A stretch of 64,000 bases of DNA from Epithemia pelagica (GCA_946965045.2 OX337230.1:3534001-3598000); one strand, 5' to 3'. Counted from the first letter of the stretch, positions 21,170 to 31,726 are shown. The notes: a model not told the origin generated them from the letters alone. Numbers and translations: made by a program.

Positions 21170-21646
21170 TACTTGTTCCTCACTTTTCCTCGCATCACAC
21201 TCTTCATCGTTCCTGGGTTATTCTTTCAATGATAAACGTTATATTAAAGTACTTAACCAACACTGGGGGGGTATAGGCCCCCCACCCATCAATCCCGTAT
21301 AGGGAGGGATCCAGAATCGCGCCGCGCTGTCAGAACTCCAGTTTCTGAACAGTACGCGTCTGCTGTGGGCGAGCGTGCGTCCAACCAGTGAGCCATTCTC
21401 CCTTTACTCACGAATGAGCCTGTACTCTCGAAATCTCTTCGCAGTAGTACAGTAGTCAGCTGCTGTGGAGTGCCACCCCCTAGCAACCAACTCAGAGAAC
21501 AACCCCCTCATTTTCCGCAGACAAGCTGACAACAACAAGCGACCTGGACATGCACCACTAGGTGGTACAGCCGAGTCTTCACCCCGTGTGGTCGTTCCTC
21601 TCACAAACCTTCATCCGTCTCTCTCCTCCATATCTTTATTTCGACA

Positions 21647-23224
21647 TTACATCATCTCGGAGAATCGCACCAACGTCTCCACAGACGCTTTGGCATCAGA
21701 GTATCTTTCCACCATAGACATGGAAGGAAGCACTCCTCTTCCTCGTAAGTGTTTTCGCCATCTGTTGTTCGCCTCCAAGACTTCCGTGGGAATTGCCCTG
21801 TTTTGCGCTTCCGTCGTCGCACCTCGTCGCAATGACCTTCTCACACTGTACTCCTCTTCTATCTTGATAGAATCAGAAAAGAGCTGAGGACGCCTGTGTT
21901 GGATTCGTTTCCACAAGTCGTGGAACAGCACGTCCAAGTCTCCCACAGATGCCCGAGCGATTTGACCCTTGCGTTTGCTGACACGAAACATCGGGCCCGA
22001 TACGATTTTGTTGTCGTTCAAACAACGTATTGCCCTCTCAAACCATACTCGAATCTTGATTCCCGATGCCGTCTCATCCGCAAGAGGATGAATGTAAATT
22101 CTGTATGTACCGTTGGTCTGTTTGAAGCGTCCAGCTAACGCCAGTGGGACGTGCCTCTTTCGCGTGTACTCCAAACCCTCAGTCCAATACTTCCTCATCA
22201 ATCCCACATCAATCTGCGGTATCTCTTCGCCTCTCAATGCTGCGACAAACCCAGCAATCACCATGGCTCCAGTCAAAGCGACCTCTGTTCTTCTCGCCCC
22301 CTTCGGGCCCCCTTGCCAATCTTCCTCCAGAATTTCCAACCCTGCTTTCACCTCGTCAAGAGTCGTCGCCTGATCAGGGATCCAGACATCCCCCATTCGC
22401 CTATGGCACCCAGTCATGAACCTTTTGTACCAATGGCTGTTGGTGGTACTTGCACTAAAGAACAATCCACCACGTTCTCCATGTCCCACTGTGGAGAGAC
22501 CCGTGCCTCCTGGCAAAGTGTGATAGATATTCGATACGGCCGACCGAACCTTTCGAGCTGTCTCGAATTGGATGTGCCGAGAATTGCGGCCTTGATTCAT
22601 AGTCTTCATCAGCATTAAACAAGCCACATTGAGGCCTTGCTCATTGACGATCGGACACGGGCCTCTGGGTGGGAGTGGCTCCTCCAGACCCATTGCTTCT
22701 CCCGTTGCAACCAGGCTCTTAATCTCTCGCCAGTTCTTTTCAACTGTGGTCCGTTCTCGGGCCCAAAACGCGTCCAAGATGGCCCGTCGAATACACAACA
22801 ATAGGAGCTTATCCGCTTCCTTGTTCTCGTTGGGGTACCTTCCTTGCAGGTTATAAAAGCTGCAATCATCGCACTGAAACGTGCACATTAAGTCGTCGCC
22901 AACCCGAGCCACCTGGAACCTGTGCTGATCATCTGCCAGTTCACCGTTCAACTCATTATCCAACAAGGCATCATCCAAGTCACCAGCCTCGTACACCGGG
23001 AACTTGTCCTCGGCAAGTTGAGCATAACATTTTGCGTGCCAAATTCCTGCGCATGTCCTACTCGTCCCCCTTGTATTCCCAAAGTTGGCACAAACGATTC
23101 CGCACAGTGGAAGCACCGGATGTCCACAGCACTTGCAATTCCCGGTCCATTTGGTCCAACAGCGTCGTGCTCCTCTTGACTTGCCAAGGTCGTCTGTAAA
23201 GAAAAGGACAGATAAATGCAACAA
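21647..23224 (-). CDS. Tyrosine recombinase (ORF3) with a Cys-rich N-terminal region; overlaps the end of ORF2
   Basis: ALRGEE (catalytic Arg), RSLRRG (HxxR position), NRWR, MVERYS (catalytic Tyr). N-terminal CxxC clusters include FQCDDC. Confidence 0.9.
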   Translation of the reverse strand: MLHLSVLFFTDDLGKSRGARRCWTKWTGNCKCCGHPVLPLCGIVCANFGNTRGTSRTCAGIWHAKCYAQLAEDKFPVYEAGDLDDALLDNELNGELADDQHRFQVARVGDDLMCTFQCDDCSFYNLQGRYPNENKEADKLLLLCIRRAILDAFWARERTTVEKNWREIKSLVATGEAMGLEEPLPPRGPCPIVNEQGLNVACLMLMKTMNQGRNSRHIQFETARKVRSAVSNIYHTLPGGTGLSTVGHGERGGLFFSASTTNSHWYKRFMTGCHRRMGDVWIPDQATTLDEVKAGLEILEEDWQGGPKGARRTEVALTGAMVIAGFVAALRGEEIPQIDVGLMRKYWTEGLEYTRKRHVPLALAGRFKQTNGTYRIYIHPLADETASGIKIRVWFERAIRCLNDNKIVSGPMFRVSKRKGQIARASVGDLDVLFHDLWKRIQHRRPQLFSDSIKIEEEYSVRRSLRRGATTEAQNRAIPTEVLEANNRWRKHLRGRGVLPSMSMVERYSDAKASVETLVRFSEMM

Positions 23225-26200
23225 TCAAAGGTTCGTGTTGAGATTTGCTCCACAAAGAACTGCCCACCGGCACAGTGAAAACACAATCCGCGACTTTTCC
23301 CAGCTTCTTTCTCCAGCGATTAGTCATCAACGCAGGGCAGGCAAAGATGTGTCCGGTTCTTGTTCGAATGTGTCTTGCTTCACATAATTGGTCGACGGCT
23401 ACGTCTGCTATCGCAGGCGGTGGAAGCCAAATGAAGTTATTGTCCTCGAACGCCTTGTCGAACCAATCCTTCGTGCCAAGCCTTTTCCAATCTAATACGG
23501 GTGCGCAGCTCTTCAGCCACTCAGCCAATCCGGGTTGTCGTTCTTCCGCCGTCTTATTAAGCGGCACATACATAAGCATGTCCCCTCCTGCCATCACTCC
23601 AGTCATCAAATCACCCCGGGACAGACCATCCGTCCCCTGCTCTATCATACGAGTACCTGCCACCCAGATGACCCGAATGAATACCTTCCCCAACATCTCA
23701 AGCCGCTTCGTTCGAAGGACAAGTTCAAATAGCAGTGGAGATGATGACGTCCCTTTAAAAAATGCGGATTCAGCCGTCGAATTGTCGGTGAACATAAACA
23801 CTTCTGACCCTTTTGGAATTGTGCCATCGTTCACCAACGCTTCCAATCTCAAAACGAGATTATACAATTCTCGATAATTCGACGATCGAGAGCCGTATTC
23901 GCGAGTCCACAGGCCGTGTTCCGTCTCAACGGTTGGAGAACCGTACAACCATAGCGATGACCCAAACCCGTCGCCAGAGGCGTCTCCAAATACTATCGCC
24001 ACTTTGGCTCCTTTGGATGGTCGTGCCAAGACCTTCGGCGGCGATTCATCTTTGGTCAATTCACTCAACGCAATTACATCATCCTTGAACCGCGGTGCTT
24101 GCCGAACCTCCTTTGGCGGTCCTTCTTGATTCGCCAATTCACCATGCTTGCGTTTTCGCCTATCCTTCTCAGGCAATCGCCAGCCCTCTGAATCTCGATC
24201 CTCTCGCCAAGATTCTAACGTGTGGTGAATTCCCTTCAGGTAAGGGACCATTGTTTCGAACGTAAGAGAAACATACACCAAGAATCCTCTCACCCTTTCA
24301 AGTTCCTTTCGATTGATCTTGTCGTCGCCCTTCGCCCATTTCCTTAACGTGGCCACATGACCACGCGTTTTATTCCACCGCTCTTGCGATACAGTCTTGA
24401 AAACCTGTCCATCCTGGTTTGAGCCAACCACTGCTCCAGCCCAAGCTCCAGGCGTTTTGCTCGGTGGTCGTCGTTTCCTTGCTGCGTCTTGTAACCCAAA
24501 GTACGCGGCTCCCTTTGCCATCCGACTTGCCGCCAGCCATGCCTCCTCCTCGGTTGGTGCTGTTTCCCTTAAGTCGTCTACATATGGGTGAACGTCCGCG
24601 GCTATATCGCCGCTTTCTCTAACCTTGCTGATCCACGGGATGCTGGGATCATAGTCCGAATCCCCGGGTAAGTTTATTCGCACGTCGACCCAACCAAAAA
24701 TGTTCTCTGGATCTAACCTGTCTCCAAAAATTATTCTCTTTACTCGTTGGGCATTTTGAGTTGCCTGATACGGAGACGTCGTGAGGCCCATCGCGCACCG
24801 AGTCCATGCCTCCCACAAACGCGTGCGTCCGTACTTCTCTTTTAGTTCTTCTGGGAACAAGTCTGTTATGTCAATACCGGTATACGCCCGTAGATCGGGG
24901 TGCAACCAGAAATTTAAAAACATTTCCCCAAAGTCGTTGTCTGCCGACCAAGTTCTTGATTCCACAGTACGAAGCATGGATGTCACGTTTCCCAGACCAA
25001 ACCATGGGGCGAACAAGGCGTCGTTGAGACCACTTTTGGTCCCATCATACACCATGCGAATATCGTCCTCCCCCTTCGGGACCGAGAAGAAACTGGTAAG
25101 CGACTTGATGCCTGGTGTGTGTGAGATGTAACCCCGCTGTCTCACTTTCGTTAGTTTCTTCTTCTCGAACGATCTCTGCTTCTCATCGGGGTTCGCTTTC
25201 TGTCTTCTTCGGTACGACGGAGGGTCACCGATCCACATTGGGGCGATGCCATCACGCATCTCGCGCATCCACTGTGCATCTGGCATCCTCCAGAAAAAGG
25301 GGGACGAACCCTTGTCCCAGTCCCACCACGACGCCTGAGCCGCGTGGGACAAAGCACTCAGGCCTGCTTTGATCGTTCGGTCTTTCAGACTCTTATCCTC
25401 ACTAAAATCATCGTCGAATCTCTGAAAGCGCCACCAGAGCCAAAAGTCCGAACTGACAAGACGCTTCCAGTATCTCAGCGCCCCTTTTCGAATGATCTCG
25501 AGCGCCTTAACACATTTTGCTTGATGCTCTACTTCTTTTAGACCCAACTTCTCACAGATCCGATCATCCCAAAGGTACGTGGGGATTTTCGCATCGTCAG
25601 ATTTGGTTGCCTTCAAATTTCGGTCCTCACGTCGTTCCTCTACATTCAAGGATCCGACTCCTTCATCGCAATCAGGAACCGAGTACAACGCCTCGATATC
25701 CGTCATTCGCAATACTTCGGTTTCTTTCCCGTCATCCATATGAACGTCGTGGGCCGACTCTCTCCCTCCAACTTGTGCACCATGAGTCGTCGTCTCTCTT
25801 GTCGCCTCCCTCTCATCACTCAGCCATCCTCGTAACGAGAGCGCTACCTGCACCCGACTCTTGAACGGGACCCTTAATTCTTTGACCCAACAATTCAACT
25901 CCTGCGCCGTTGCACGCTTGTGCAACTCTGCTGGAAAGTCGAGCGCAATGGCCAGTTCTTGTGGAGCCAACTTACGACACACCCAATCAGTCTTTGAAAA
26001 CACACACGGCAACTCATGTTCTTGATTCCGGTCGTGTTTCCAATTCATTTTTCGATCCATCACCGACCGTCCTTGTACCCCAGGCTCGTACGCCTTTGGT
26101 GGTGGACATTCGCGTCCATGCACAGTGGGATCCAGAACACCACTCATCGTTGTCTTCACCAGTCCTCCTTCCACATAATCTCTCCAACAATCAACAAAAC

Positions 26201-26873
26201 AACGACTTGTTCCTTCCCTTACTCGCTCTGCTACGTGGATCAATGAGACTTGCGTGGTTACTCCTCCCAGCTCATTGTGCTCTAACTTCATCACCGTTTT
26301 TCTCCATTCTGTCCCTGACTTGTCGAAAGGTCCAGCTCCTTGTCGCCCTCCTATCCAACAAACCACCCGAACTGACTCCATCTTCCAAACTGAGTGCCCC
26401 GGTCCAGGCGACAATCCGCTATCAAACAGAACAACATCAACCTCTGGGCGCTTTTGCCATGATTGCGGTTCACTGAATTCAACCCTTGACCTTTTGCTCC
26501 CTCTGTTCTTTGACAGTTTCCCTTCTCGCTGAATCGCCATCGTCGCCCAAACACTCGAACCGGTCTCGCCACTCTTCGCCCTTTCTTCAGGCGTATCAAT
26601 CCACAAAACCGGTCCCAGCGACGATACCGCCCAAAACCAAAAGGGTGTTCCACCACTTATCAACCCGATTCGACACTCGCCCCGTCCTACTTTCAAGCGA
26701 GTTAATTTTCGCTCTGACACTCCAATTTGCGAGTTGCAAGTCGACAGATTATCTACGTAACAATTATTTGCCGTCGATCGGTTGTCACTCATCCCATCCT
26801 CCTCTCCAAATTTCATTGCCGCCTGTTCCTCCATTTCCAACGCCCTTCTCTTCCTTCCCAGCACTCCTTCCAT
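23058..26873 (-). CDS. pol: ORF2: putative degenerate C5-MTase-like domain, reverse transcriptase, RNase H and Dam-like remnant
   Basis: RT motifs: FFSVPKG..DIRMVYD, DNDFGEMFLNF, MGLTTSP, YVDD. RNase H motifs: FGDASG, RELYN, FTDN, TDGLSRG. C-terminal FIWLPPPA...FACPAL resembles the DIRS methyltransferase region. Confidence 0.92.
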   Translation of the reverse strand: MEGVLGRKRRALEMEEQAAMKFGEEDGMSDNRSTANNCYVDNLSTCNSQIGVSERKLTRLKVGRGECRIGLISGGTPFWFWAVSSLGPVLWIDTPEERAKSGETGSSVWATMAIQREGKLSKNRGSKRSRVEFSEPQSWQKRPEVDVVLFDSGLSPGPGHSVWKMESVRVVCWIGGRQGAGPFDKSGTEWRKTVMKLEHNELGGVTTQVSLIHVAERVREGTSRCFVDCWRDYVEGGLVKTTMSGVLDPTVHGRECPPPKAYEPGVQGRSVMDRKMNWKHDRNQEHELPCVFSKTDWVCRKLAPQELAIALDFPAELHKRATAQELNCWVKELRVPFKSRVQVALSLRGWLSDEREATRETTTHGAQVGGRESAHDVHMDDGKETEVLRMTDIEALYSVPDCDEGVGSLNVEERREDRNLKATKSDDAKIPTYLWDDRICEKLGLKEVEHQAKCVKALEIIRKGALRYWKRLVSSDFWLWWRFQRFDDDFSEDKSLKDRTIKAGLSALSHAAQASWWDWDKGSSPFFWRMPDAQWMREMRDGIAPMWIGDPPSYRRRQKANPDEKQRSFEKKKLTKVRQRGYISHTPGIKSLTSFFSVPKGEDDIRMVYDGTKSGLNDALFAPWFGLGNVTSMLRTVESRTWSADNDFGEMFLNFWLHPDLRAYTGIDITDLFPEELKEKYGRTRLWEAWTRCAMGLTTSPYQATQNAQRVKRIIFGDRLDPENIFGWVDVRINLPGDSDYDPSIPWISKVRESGDIAADVHPYVDDLRETAPTEEEAWLAASRMAKGAAYFGLQDAARKRRPPSKTPGAWAGAVVGSNQDGQVFKTVSQERWNKTRGHVATLRKWAKGDDKINRKELERVRGFLVYVSLTFETMVPYLKGIHHTLESWREDRDSEGWRLPEKDRRKRKHGELANQEGPPKEVRQAPRFKDDVIALSELTKDESPPKVLARPSKGAKVAIVFGDASGDGFGSSLWLYGSPTVETEHGLWTREYGSRSSNYRELYNLVLRLEALVNDGTIPKGSEVFMFTDNSTAESAFFKGTSSSPLLFELVLRTKRLEMLGKVFIRVIWVAGTRMIEQGTDGLSRGDLMTGVMAGGDMLMYVPLNKTAEERQPGLAEWLKSCAPVLDWKRLGTKDWFDKAFEDNNFIWLPPPAIADVAVDQLCEARHIRTRTGHIFACPALMTNRWRKKLGKVADCVFTVPVGSSLWSKSQHEPLIVAFICPFLYRRPWQVKRSTTLLDQMDRELQVLWTSGASTVRNRLCQLWEYKGDE

Positions 26874-26885
26874 CTCTTCTCCTTT

Positions 26886-29257
26886 TCACGACGAGCTCTT
26901 TTTTCCTCCGTTCTTATTGGCCGCCGCCACAGCTGAGTTCACCGAGCGTTGGAGTTTTTCCATTCGTTCTTCCAAACCGGTTTGCAAGGCCGTGAATTTA
27001 GACCTTGGTGTGGCAAACCGAATGAGATGCTCATGTAAAATGAGGGCTATCTTCGGATGGCCACTGAAATCGGCCTGGCGGTACTCCTTCATGACTTCAT
27101 GGGCGCGCAACGTACCCCAGAGCATTCCAGCTGGAGTATTCGTTGCCCGTCCTGGAGCTCTCGCCTCTCGCAAACTTCGAAACACCGCCCGTACGCAGTG
27201 AGAGATGAGTACCCATACCTCATGGCTACTCGCCTCGCTCTCTGCCTGCACTTGTTGATGGTACCGGACGATCCAGTGACATAGATCGTCCCAAAAGGTC
27301 TTGCTTTGGAGCAATAGTTCATGTGCAACGCTTGCAGGTTCAGTCCCAAAAGCAAACAAGTCACTGATGGCCTGTTCCAGAGTTCGCCGACCATCCTTTA
27401 CATGGTCAAGGATTCTTTGGTGGATCCCTTCTCGGCCAGACGGAGGGTGAAAATCTTCATACTTTGGTACACCTCCCAACGCTCGAGAGTTCGTTGTCAC
27501 CGATTGATCCGAACCCTTTCCCAATAACGGCGGCACCTCCAAACTGAACGACGCGATATAGGCCGTATGGTACGGAGTCTTATCTCGTACCTTGGCCGTC
27601 GTCGCTCGCAAGTTGGCCGCCCTCTCTTCATCCAAGCTAATGTCCGACGTGGCTAGTGATAACAGAGAAACTGCGTCCACAAACACATGAGGATCCGATG
27701 CCACCTCGTGACGAGACATCCAAGACACACAAAACCCCCGCGAAGGGAACACAATGGATCCCACCACGATTGCGTCTGATTCCGCTTGGTCCTGGAGGTC
27801 TTTCAGGTCCGTCTTCAAAACCTTGATCTCTTCTTTCATCCGTTGGAATTCCTCTTGCATCCATTGCATGCTATTCGGGTCAATACTCGTGGTAGAGGAC
27901 GGCTGAGCCGACCATCCCGCAGGAGTAGTGCCCACAGTCCCAACTCCCAGTGGCTGCATGGGCCACCCAAACGATACACCTGAACTCTTGGAGGTCTGCA
28001 ATCCATTCATCTGCCCTCCATGTTGTTCCATAACTTCAATGCGCTTCTTCAAATCCGACAACATGAGCGCCCATTTTCCGCCCGGGTCACTCTTCTCCGA
28101 CGTTGAGCGAGCCAGCAATTGAAGAGTAGGGTTGACAAACTGTTTCCTGAATTCGCTATGCTCCGCAAAGAAGCGGTCCAACCCTTCCTGTACCAAAACC
28201 TTGGAGGACGCTATCGTCTGTTCGACCTTGCGATCTAAGCCTTCCAATTTGCTTAAGAATGTCGCATCGAGTGGCTGGTTCAAACGTTTTGTCACAAGTT
28301 CTTGGAGCGATCTCACTGTTGTCATGCAATGAGTGAGGATTTCGAAAGCCGATTGAGTCCCGAACTCAGCCGACCGTTCTCCCAACAAAGCGTGAATCAA
28401 CGAGAGCTTCACGTGCAGCTTCTCTATCTCCTCATCAATAGAAGCTTCAACATCATCTCTATCTTGCCCTTCCTTCTCGTGCTCCATTCGTAGCGTGTTT
28501 ACATTAGACACTAGGTTGGACCAAGCTCCTCCCTGGAGTACCTTCACACTTGGCGTCGCCTGCGCACTGCCAATGTCATCTGGAACCTCCTTCCACGGAA
28601 CTGCGCGCCGTTTTTGCGGAGTAGAGACCGCAGTAGCCTTGACTCCCATCAAGTCATCATCCTCTTCACCCTCTACAGTTTCCACTACCACCTGAGCACC
28701 GCGTTTTCCTCGCTTGGGATTAGGCGTCATGGCCACAAACTTCACTTCTGCCTTGGTGTTCTCCATGACCTTGGCCGCTGTTGAGAGATCAACACCGTCG
28801 CCCGACTCGGATGCGGCATGCTTCAGAGATGCGAAGGTGGCTTGCCAACTCTCGAGGGATCGCAGACTGAGCTCTATCTCATTCCAGTCGAGAGAGCGAA
28901 CGCAATTCCCTGGCAGTACTGGTTGACAGAACAGCGTCTCGGACACATCGGAACTTGAAGAACTGCTTGCACCGCGAATAAACACGCCCGCCGTGTCGTC
29001 ACCAACTAACTTACTCCAGTCTTGCTTCTTGACGGCATGAGCAGCTACCGAACAATCCGACCGAATACACACGCGCTGCCCTGCGCCGATTAAACCCCGA
29101 CAAGACGCCTCAAAGGTATCTTGTTCCACCCGAACAACACCGAAGAGAGAACCCGAACGAAGGGTCCCCCCCCCCCCCCGGTCACAAACACAGAAGACTC
29201 ACCTGACGACCCCACAGAGGGAGAAGAATCCGGAGTACTCGTCTCCCACTCAAACAT
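26886..29257 (-). CDS. ORF1 (gag-like) with an N-terminal CCCH motif; probable ATG at 29257, frame broken at a G14 run (29179-29166)
   Basis: The 747-aa ORF has only a GTG start at 29129. It carries CRGLIGAGQRVCIRSDCSVAAH and coiled-coil segments. One extra G would join the 26 codons from ATG 29257. Confidence 0.75.
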
Positions 29258-29343
29258 CACGAAAACGACAAGGATGAGGTGGCTGGCACGGTCGAACAGG
29301 GAGAAAAACCGAAGCGAAAGAAGACTGCAAAGAACCGAAGGGT

Positions 29344-29532
29344 GATCAAATCCGTCGATGACCTTTACAAGATCTTCTTTCCAACAATTTATGATTGCTG
29401 AAACTTTGTTGGGACGGTCTTTCCAAAAGACCGTCCCAACACACTCTCTCCTTCCAGGAACTCCTTTGGGTGTGATGACTCGATCAGCGTTCGTCCGTCG
29501 GTCCCTTCTTGACCGGGGGCGGTACGATGCGG
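29344..29532. repeat. Terminal direct repeat, 5' copy (189 bp)
   Basis: Identical by eye to 20981-21169. Confidence 0.95.
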
Positions 29533-30192
29533 GATTAGTTTAGACTTACTAGCTAGCAGCATGTGCGATAGTGGCGTGCTCATAATGATAAAAATTTGGA
29601 AAGTTACCTTTGCTACTCTTTCTGTCGTATGTTCAACAGAAATGAGATTGGGATTGTGTCTTTCTAAAAGCTAAAAGTTTGGGGAATCCCACAAAAAAGG
29701 GGATTTTTGGCAAGCAGTCTTGCAGCCTGGCCGGAAGGGACTGAAACAGCTTGGACAGAAAAAGGGAGCACGGAAGCCTCATGTGATTCAGAGGGATCTA
29801 ACACAAAGGAACACAATTTAAGACACACCAAAATTCGGGGGGACGCGTGTTGGGGGACAGAGAACATTGAATCCGTTGGTTCTGCAACAGAAATTGGCGT
29901 GTGTGTGCACTGCACGCAGTATGGAAAGTTCAACGCATAATGGGGGGGGGGGGGGTGCGCGCGTATTGATAAAGTCGATTGATTCTCTTCTTGACAACTG
30001 ATGTACGTGTAAATTTACGGTTTCTTGGTGAGAGCAGGAGCACACATTAACGCGCACAATCACGCTCATTTCTGTGACTTTTCTATGACCAGAGCATTCT
30101 TCTCATTCATGGCATCTGCTGGTAGTCAAACACTTTGCTCTGCACTCTAGTCTCCATTCTTCCCCTTCTGCCACAAAGCAGCAGCGATCATC

Positions 30193-31365
30193 ATGGAACC
30201 ACCCGAACCACGACACGGAAGCGCCATCCAAACCACCACCACCACCACGGCGGCGGCCCAACGAAGCCACCGTGCGGGCGGCAAGCGACGAACCATTTGT
30301 TTGGCGGCGGGTGTGGGGGTGTTGTTCGTTTGTGGCTGGGCGCTGTTCAACGAAACCCAGCAGATCCAGCAATTCCAAATCTCGGAACAGATCTTGGCAA
30401 CAAACAAACAAACAAACAAACAAACAAACAAACAAACAGACGCACACTCCGATGGTCGATGCATCGGTCTTGGATCGGAGGAAGAATTCGATGATCTTTT
30501 GTCGACCGCCGAGCTGGTGTTTGTCGGTGCGCCCGACAAGGGCGGTGGCTCGACCATGGAACAATTCGTCAAGGAGTGCGTCGGCGCTGCCGGAAATCCG
30601 TCCATGTGCCTGAACAAATGGGGGTGTGAACACCATTGGTTGTCATGCGGCAACCGATTCTTTTCCTACGTGGACAAGGTGGAAGCACCAAGACTCATCG
30701 GTACGCACATCACGAAAGACCAAACACTGATTCGCATGTTTCGAAATTCCAACAAGCACACGTGGGTTGTGTACGCACACCGAGAAGAAACCGATCGACT
30801 GGCATCGGCAGTGAAACAAGTGGTGGAACGACATCACGGAAAACTTCGAACGGATCCGGAAACGATCGTCGAAGGCAAAAAGGTTCTGGACGAAGAAAAA
30901 CTCATCAAACTCATCCAATCCAGGATCAATGAAATTGGAAACGGAGGAGTCGAAACCCTGACCTGTGACATGTACGACGCCATTGAAGAAAACGCACCCA
31001 ACCTATTGTTTGTCGATTTTAAACAATTGAACAAGCTGCAAACCATTCTTTCCAAACACTATTGCCCGGAACGCCTCCACGAGGGTCCGGTGGAAGCCAA
31101 CGTGGCCAAGCACAAAAACCTCAATTATATGGTAAAGATGCCGGCCGTCACCGACTCCAAGATTCAAAACACCACGGGCGGCCTCGTGGATTTCCACCGG
31201 TGGGTGGACGGGAAGCGCCACATGTTCGAATGGGCGATCGACCACGGGCGCAACCGCACGTGCCTGGGCAAGACCAAGCGCGTGGAGGATCGGATGTCGG
31301 CGTGCCCCGACAAGGCCTTTCGGGTGATCACCAGCAACGATCGACCACCGAGCTTGTTCGGGTAG
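30193..31365 (+). CDS. Type II membrane protein with a sulfotransferase-like P-loop region
   Basis: TM segment TICLAAGVGVLFVCGWALF, PDKGGGSTM (resembles a PAPS-binding loop) and VVYAHREETDRLASA. Confidence 0.55.
   Translation: MEPPEPRHGSAIQTTTTTTAAAQRSHRAGGKRRTICLAAGVGVLFVCGWALFNETQQIQQFQISEQILATNKQTNKQTNKQTDAHSDGRCIGLGSEEEFDDLLSTAELVFVGAPDKGGGSTMEQFVKECVGAAGNPSMCLNKWGCEHHWLSCGNRFFSYVDKVEAPRLIGTHITKDQTLIRMFRNSNKHTWVVYAHREETDRLASAVKQVVERHHGKLRTDPETIVEGKKVLDEEKLIKLIQSRINEIGNGGVETLTCDMYDAIEENAPNLLFVDFKQLNKLQTILSKHYCPERLHEGPVEANVAKHKNLNYMVKMPAVTDSKIQNTTGGLVDFHRWVDGKRHMFEWAIDHGRNRTCLGKTKRVEDRMSACPDKAFRVITSNDRPPSLFG
30401..30438 (+). repeat. (CAAA)9 microsatellite inside the CDS (TNKQ repeats)
   Basis: Read directly from the sequence. 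Confidence 0.9.
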
Positions 31366-31726
31366 GAACCTGGTTGGTTTGTTCGTTTGTTTGTTCGTTT
31401 GTTCGTCACAACCACCCGTCCTCGGTTTCTTCCGACGATGTATTCAAAATCAATTACTTTTTTTGTGACGACGACGAAGATGCTTCCGATGGCGAGCTGT
31501 TTGCCGTCGATATGACGGGTCTCTACGATGCCGATGAAAAGCGGTTCACGACGTACCGATTTCTGTGAAAAGCCGTATCGAGACACCAGATCGTAACTGC
31601 AAGGGGATATTTTATTACTGTCCAATGCATTGGTGTTATTTAGCTTCAATCAATCAATTTTCTATGAATAACGTTTGAAGTTTTGGTAGATCCGTCACCT
31701 TCTCAGTATAGATAGAAGGAATCATA

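Larger units (their letters stand above)
20981..29532 (-). mobile_element. Tyrosine-recombinase retrotransposon (DIRS/Ngaro-like), apparently full length, 8552 bp
   Basis: Gag-like ORF1, RT/RNase H ORF2 and an overlapping YR ORF3 lie between two identical 189-bp direct repeats. No conventional TSD. Confidence 0.92.

Noticed and set aside
20700-21646. B repeats expected for an Ngaro/PAT split-direct-repeat structure
   Set aside because: I found no match between the sequence left of 20981 and the 3' UTR (21170-21646), apart from a chance 6-mer (GGTTAT).
29942-29955. G14 run that might pair with the C14 run at 29166-29179 as an inverted repeat
   Set aside because: The flanking sequences show no complementarity, so these are independent homopolymers.
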